A stretch of 63,990 nucleotides of DNA, counting the filler, from Folioceros fuciformis (taxonomy: Eukaryota), in NCBI GenBank assembly GCA_049999805.1. It is 13 parts of 13 records of this genome, joined end to end, with 100 filler letters (N's around TTAATTAATTAA, not from the genome) between each part and the next. Parts side by side here need not be neighbours in the genome. Positions count along the whole stretch, not along the records: positions 49,328 to 62,867 come from JBNGIO010004956.1; positions 62,968 to 63,990 come from JBNGIO010005026.1; 11 more parts are not named here. One strand, 5' to 3'. Positions 61,640 through 63,990 of the stretch are shown piece after piece. A program made the position numbers and the translations under genes. The notes under the pieces were generated by a model. That model made no database searches. It worked only from the letters and a program-made list of their open reading frames with translations, and was not told the DNA's origin. The number at the start of each line of letters is the position of its first letter. The stretch's first letter is position 1.

Positions 61640-62278
61640 TGCAATTCTCGAAAATGACCTCTTCTTCTAGTCGATTACGCAGATGCGTAGATCATGGCTG
61701 ACAAGCATACGGGAAGATAGATTGATTCTCCCCTTAGAAATTCCAACTGATGGAATTCCAGTGCCACCGACCATATGATCTAGGCCAAATACCCATGGGG
61801 GATTGCTTTGCATGCTTAGGTGTATGAGGTGAAGAAGATTAAAAAGCCCCGCACTGTAGAAGGTTGTGAAGGGCACTGGACTATGCAGGTGATGGAGGAG
61901 GCAACGATTAGGCACCTTGACCGCACGTTTATCTTTGCCAAAGTCAATTTCACAAACTATGGCCCCAAAGCCCTGGCTGGTGCTTCCATACGAAACCGCT
62001 CTCTAAGTTCGTCCTTTCGACGAGGCGCTGCCGTAACGTGATACTCGCAAATGTCAATGACCCGTCTCCATGGTGTCGTTGCTCACCCTGTCCGAGGGGT
62101 CATTGCTCACCCTGTTCGAGGGGTCATTGCTCATCCCATTGATCGGGATAAGCGTTTGGGCGTGGTCAGCTCCTTCAACGATGTTCTTCAACCTCTGGCT
62201 TTGAAGCGCGGCAACTTCATCGACCTCGAAGATCTTGTTATCCTCGCTCTGCAACAATACTTTCCTCGCCGGATACAT
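61640..62278 (-). pseudogene. SKP1: SKP1-like pseudogene
   Basis: KVLLQSEDNKIFEVDEVAALQSQRLKNIVE..IPINGMS, frameshifted VIDICEYH, and weak C-terminal EEEVIFEN. Matches the SKP1 POZ pattern KI.LKSSDGE.FEV.E.VA..SQTI..MVE. Confidence 0.75.
62072..62140. repeat. 24-bp tandem triplication inside SKP1-like ORF
   Basis: GG(G/T)GTC(A/G)TTGCTCACCCTGT(T/C)CGA about 3 times. Confidence 0.9.
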
Positions 62279-62867
62279 GGCTGCGATAGCTCGACCTAGG
62301 TCTTATCCCCTTGTCAAAATCTGTCAGCAACTACTCAAGCCCAGTAGATCGAAAGCAGAAAGCAGCTGCAGCACCAATTTTCATCAGTGGAATCCTATCA
62401 ACAGAAGCGACGGCCAGAAGCGGAAGAGGCGCACAGTGAAATAAGCGAGGAGGCCAGAAGCGGAGGAGACTCACACTCACATCCTACCACTAACAGAGCT
62501 CCCAGTTTAGAAGATGCTGTGTGCTGAAATACGATACAGCGAGCGAGACATGGCTCTGAGATTTGCAGGACGCAGACCACTGGAATTGCGAAGCCTGCAA
62601 AACCACAGCAACTTATTGCTATCTTAGTTGAGATGCGAGCTGAAGCACTACTGATCCGGTTCCTAGCGTCCCAGGTCCCAAGCTAGCCAACAAGTACAAC
62701 GACAACGCATGTCCGCGTCCCGGATCCGGGGAATGCCATGAGTTACTTCCTTGTGCTTTGGAATCGTCGGTGACTGCTCGTGTGGTGAATTTTAGTCGGG
62801 ACTCAGTTTCTTCGTTGTGCCCTTTGAAGACGGAGTACATGCGTCTGTTGTTGGAATTCGACACTAC

Positions 62868-62967
62868 NNNNNNNNNNNNNNNNNNNNNNNNNNNNNNNNN
62901 NNNNNNNNNNNTTAATTAATTAANNNNNNNNNNNNNNNNNNNNNNNNNNNNNNNNNNNNNNNNNNNN
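62868..62967. other. Artificial contig spacer
   Basis: N44-TTAATTAATTAA-N44. Confidence 0.98.
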
Positions 62968-63870
62968 AGCATCAAAGGAAGAACATTCAGATTCTATATC
63001 TTTAGATGAAAGGTAAGGAGGCAAAACATCTCCCACTGAAGATGAAAATAGGGAATGTTCATGAAAAGTGACGCTGCGAGCATAGAGAAGCCTCTTAGTA
63101 GAAGGATCAAACAATTTAGAACCCTTGATTCCTTCCGAATAACCAATAAAGGTATATTTTACGGCCTTTGGGTCGAACTTCCTTCTTAATGCCTTGGGGA
63201 CAAATACATGTGCCGGAGATCCAAAAATGCGGAGGTGTTCTATGGAGGGCTTTCTGCTTATAAAGGCTTCATAAGGTGTCATATCTTGGACTGCTGAAGT
63301 GGGCAGTCGATTCATGAGATATGTGGCTGTGAGGAGTGCTTCGGCCCAGTATACCTTAGGTAAATTTGCTTGGTTTAACAGGCAGCCAGTAATCTCTTGA
63401 AGACGTAGATTCTTATTTTCAGCTACGCCATTTTGTTGCGGAGTATAAACAACAGTAAGTTGTTGAGCAATACCGTGAAGGCAACAAAAATCCGTAAATT
63501 GATTGGAAGTGAACTCGCCACCATTATCATAACGTAAGGTTTTGAGTTTCTTTTCGGTTAACCTCTCAGCCCATACCATATAGTCTTGGAAGTAATGATA
63601 AACATCTCCTTTATGACTTAAGATATAGGTAAGGGTAAACCGAGAGTAGTCGTCAATGAAGGTCATAAAATATCTGCTACCACTGAAAGAAGGTGTAGAG
63701 ATAGGGCCACAAATGTCTGTATGAACAAGCTCTAGAGGACAATTCGCCCTCTGTGGGGAGATGTTCTTAAAGGGGGCTTGATGTCTTTTGGTAATGACAC
63801 AAGTCTCACACCATGAGAGGTGTTGAATGTGAGAGAGGCAGGGTGTGCGATATAAATTTCCTGCCTTAGA
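62968..63870 (-). CDS. Copia integrase fragment
   Basis: CETC, HTDICGP, IDDYSR, LRYDNGGEF, PQQNGVAENKN, YWAEA, LRIFGS, FIGYS. Confidence 0.95.
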
Positions 63871-63990
63871 CATTTGTACTAAACTGAACCCTGAGTGCAT
63901 GTCCTTGCTACCTCTCGACTTACTTGGTGCACTTATGGAAGACAGAAGGGTTGTTAACACAAGAGGAGTTGGAGGAGGCGGAACAACCTT

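Overview
Eukaryotic, plant-like (streptophyte, probably not a seed plant; this is an inference) repeat-dense DNA. The window is 13 contigs joined by 12 identical artificial 100-bp spacers (N44-TTAATTAATTAA-N44), so adjacency across spacers is not biological evidence. Almost all of it is nested, mostly decayed transposons: many Ty1/copia fragments (gag, PR, IN, RT, RNase H, Met-tRNA PBS, PPT, short LTRs), one Ty3/gypsy pol, an LTR family with an antisense ORF near the LTR end (3 copies plus a distant relative), a DUF7869/Sola-like DNA transposase remnant, and a 5'-truncated non-LTR insertion with a TSD. Host-gene-derived pieces are SPX N- and C-terminal fragments, an LRR-VIII-like receptor kinase fragment, a SKP1-like pseudogene and a signal-peptide ORF cut by a copia insertion. 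No intact host gene, RNA gene or CRISPR array is seen. The most notable observations are (i) a GC-rich repeat associated twice with SPX fragments, once as a kinase-SPX chimera joined at a 6-bp microhomology, (ii) three copia elements with an extra coiled-coil ORF between PBS and gag, and (iii) very short LTRs, one apparently about 52 bp. All family calls come from recognising motifs by eye; no searches were run.
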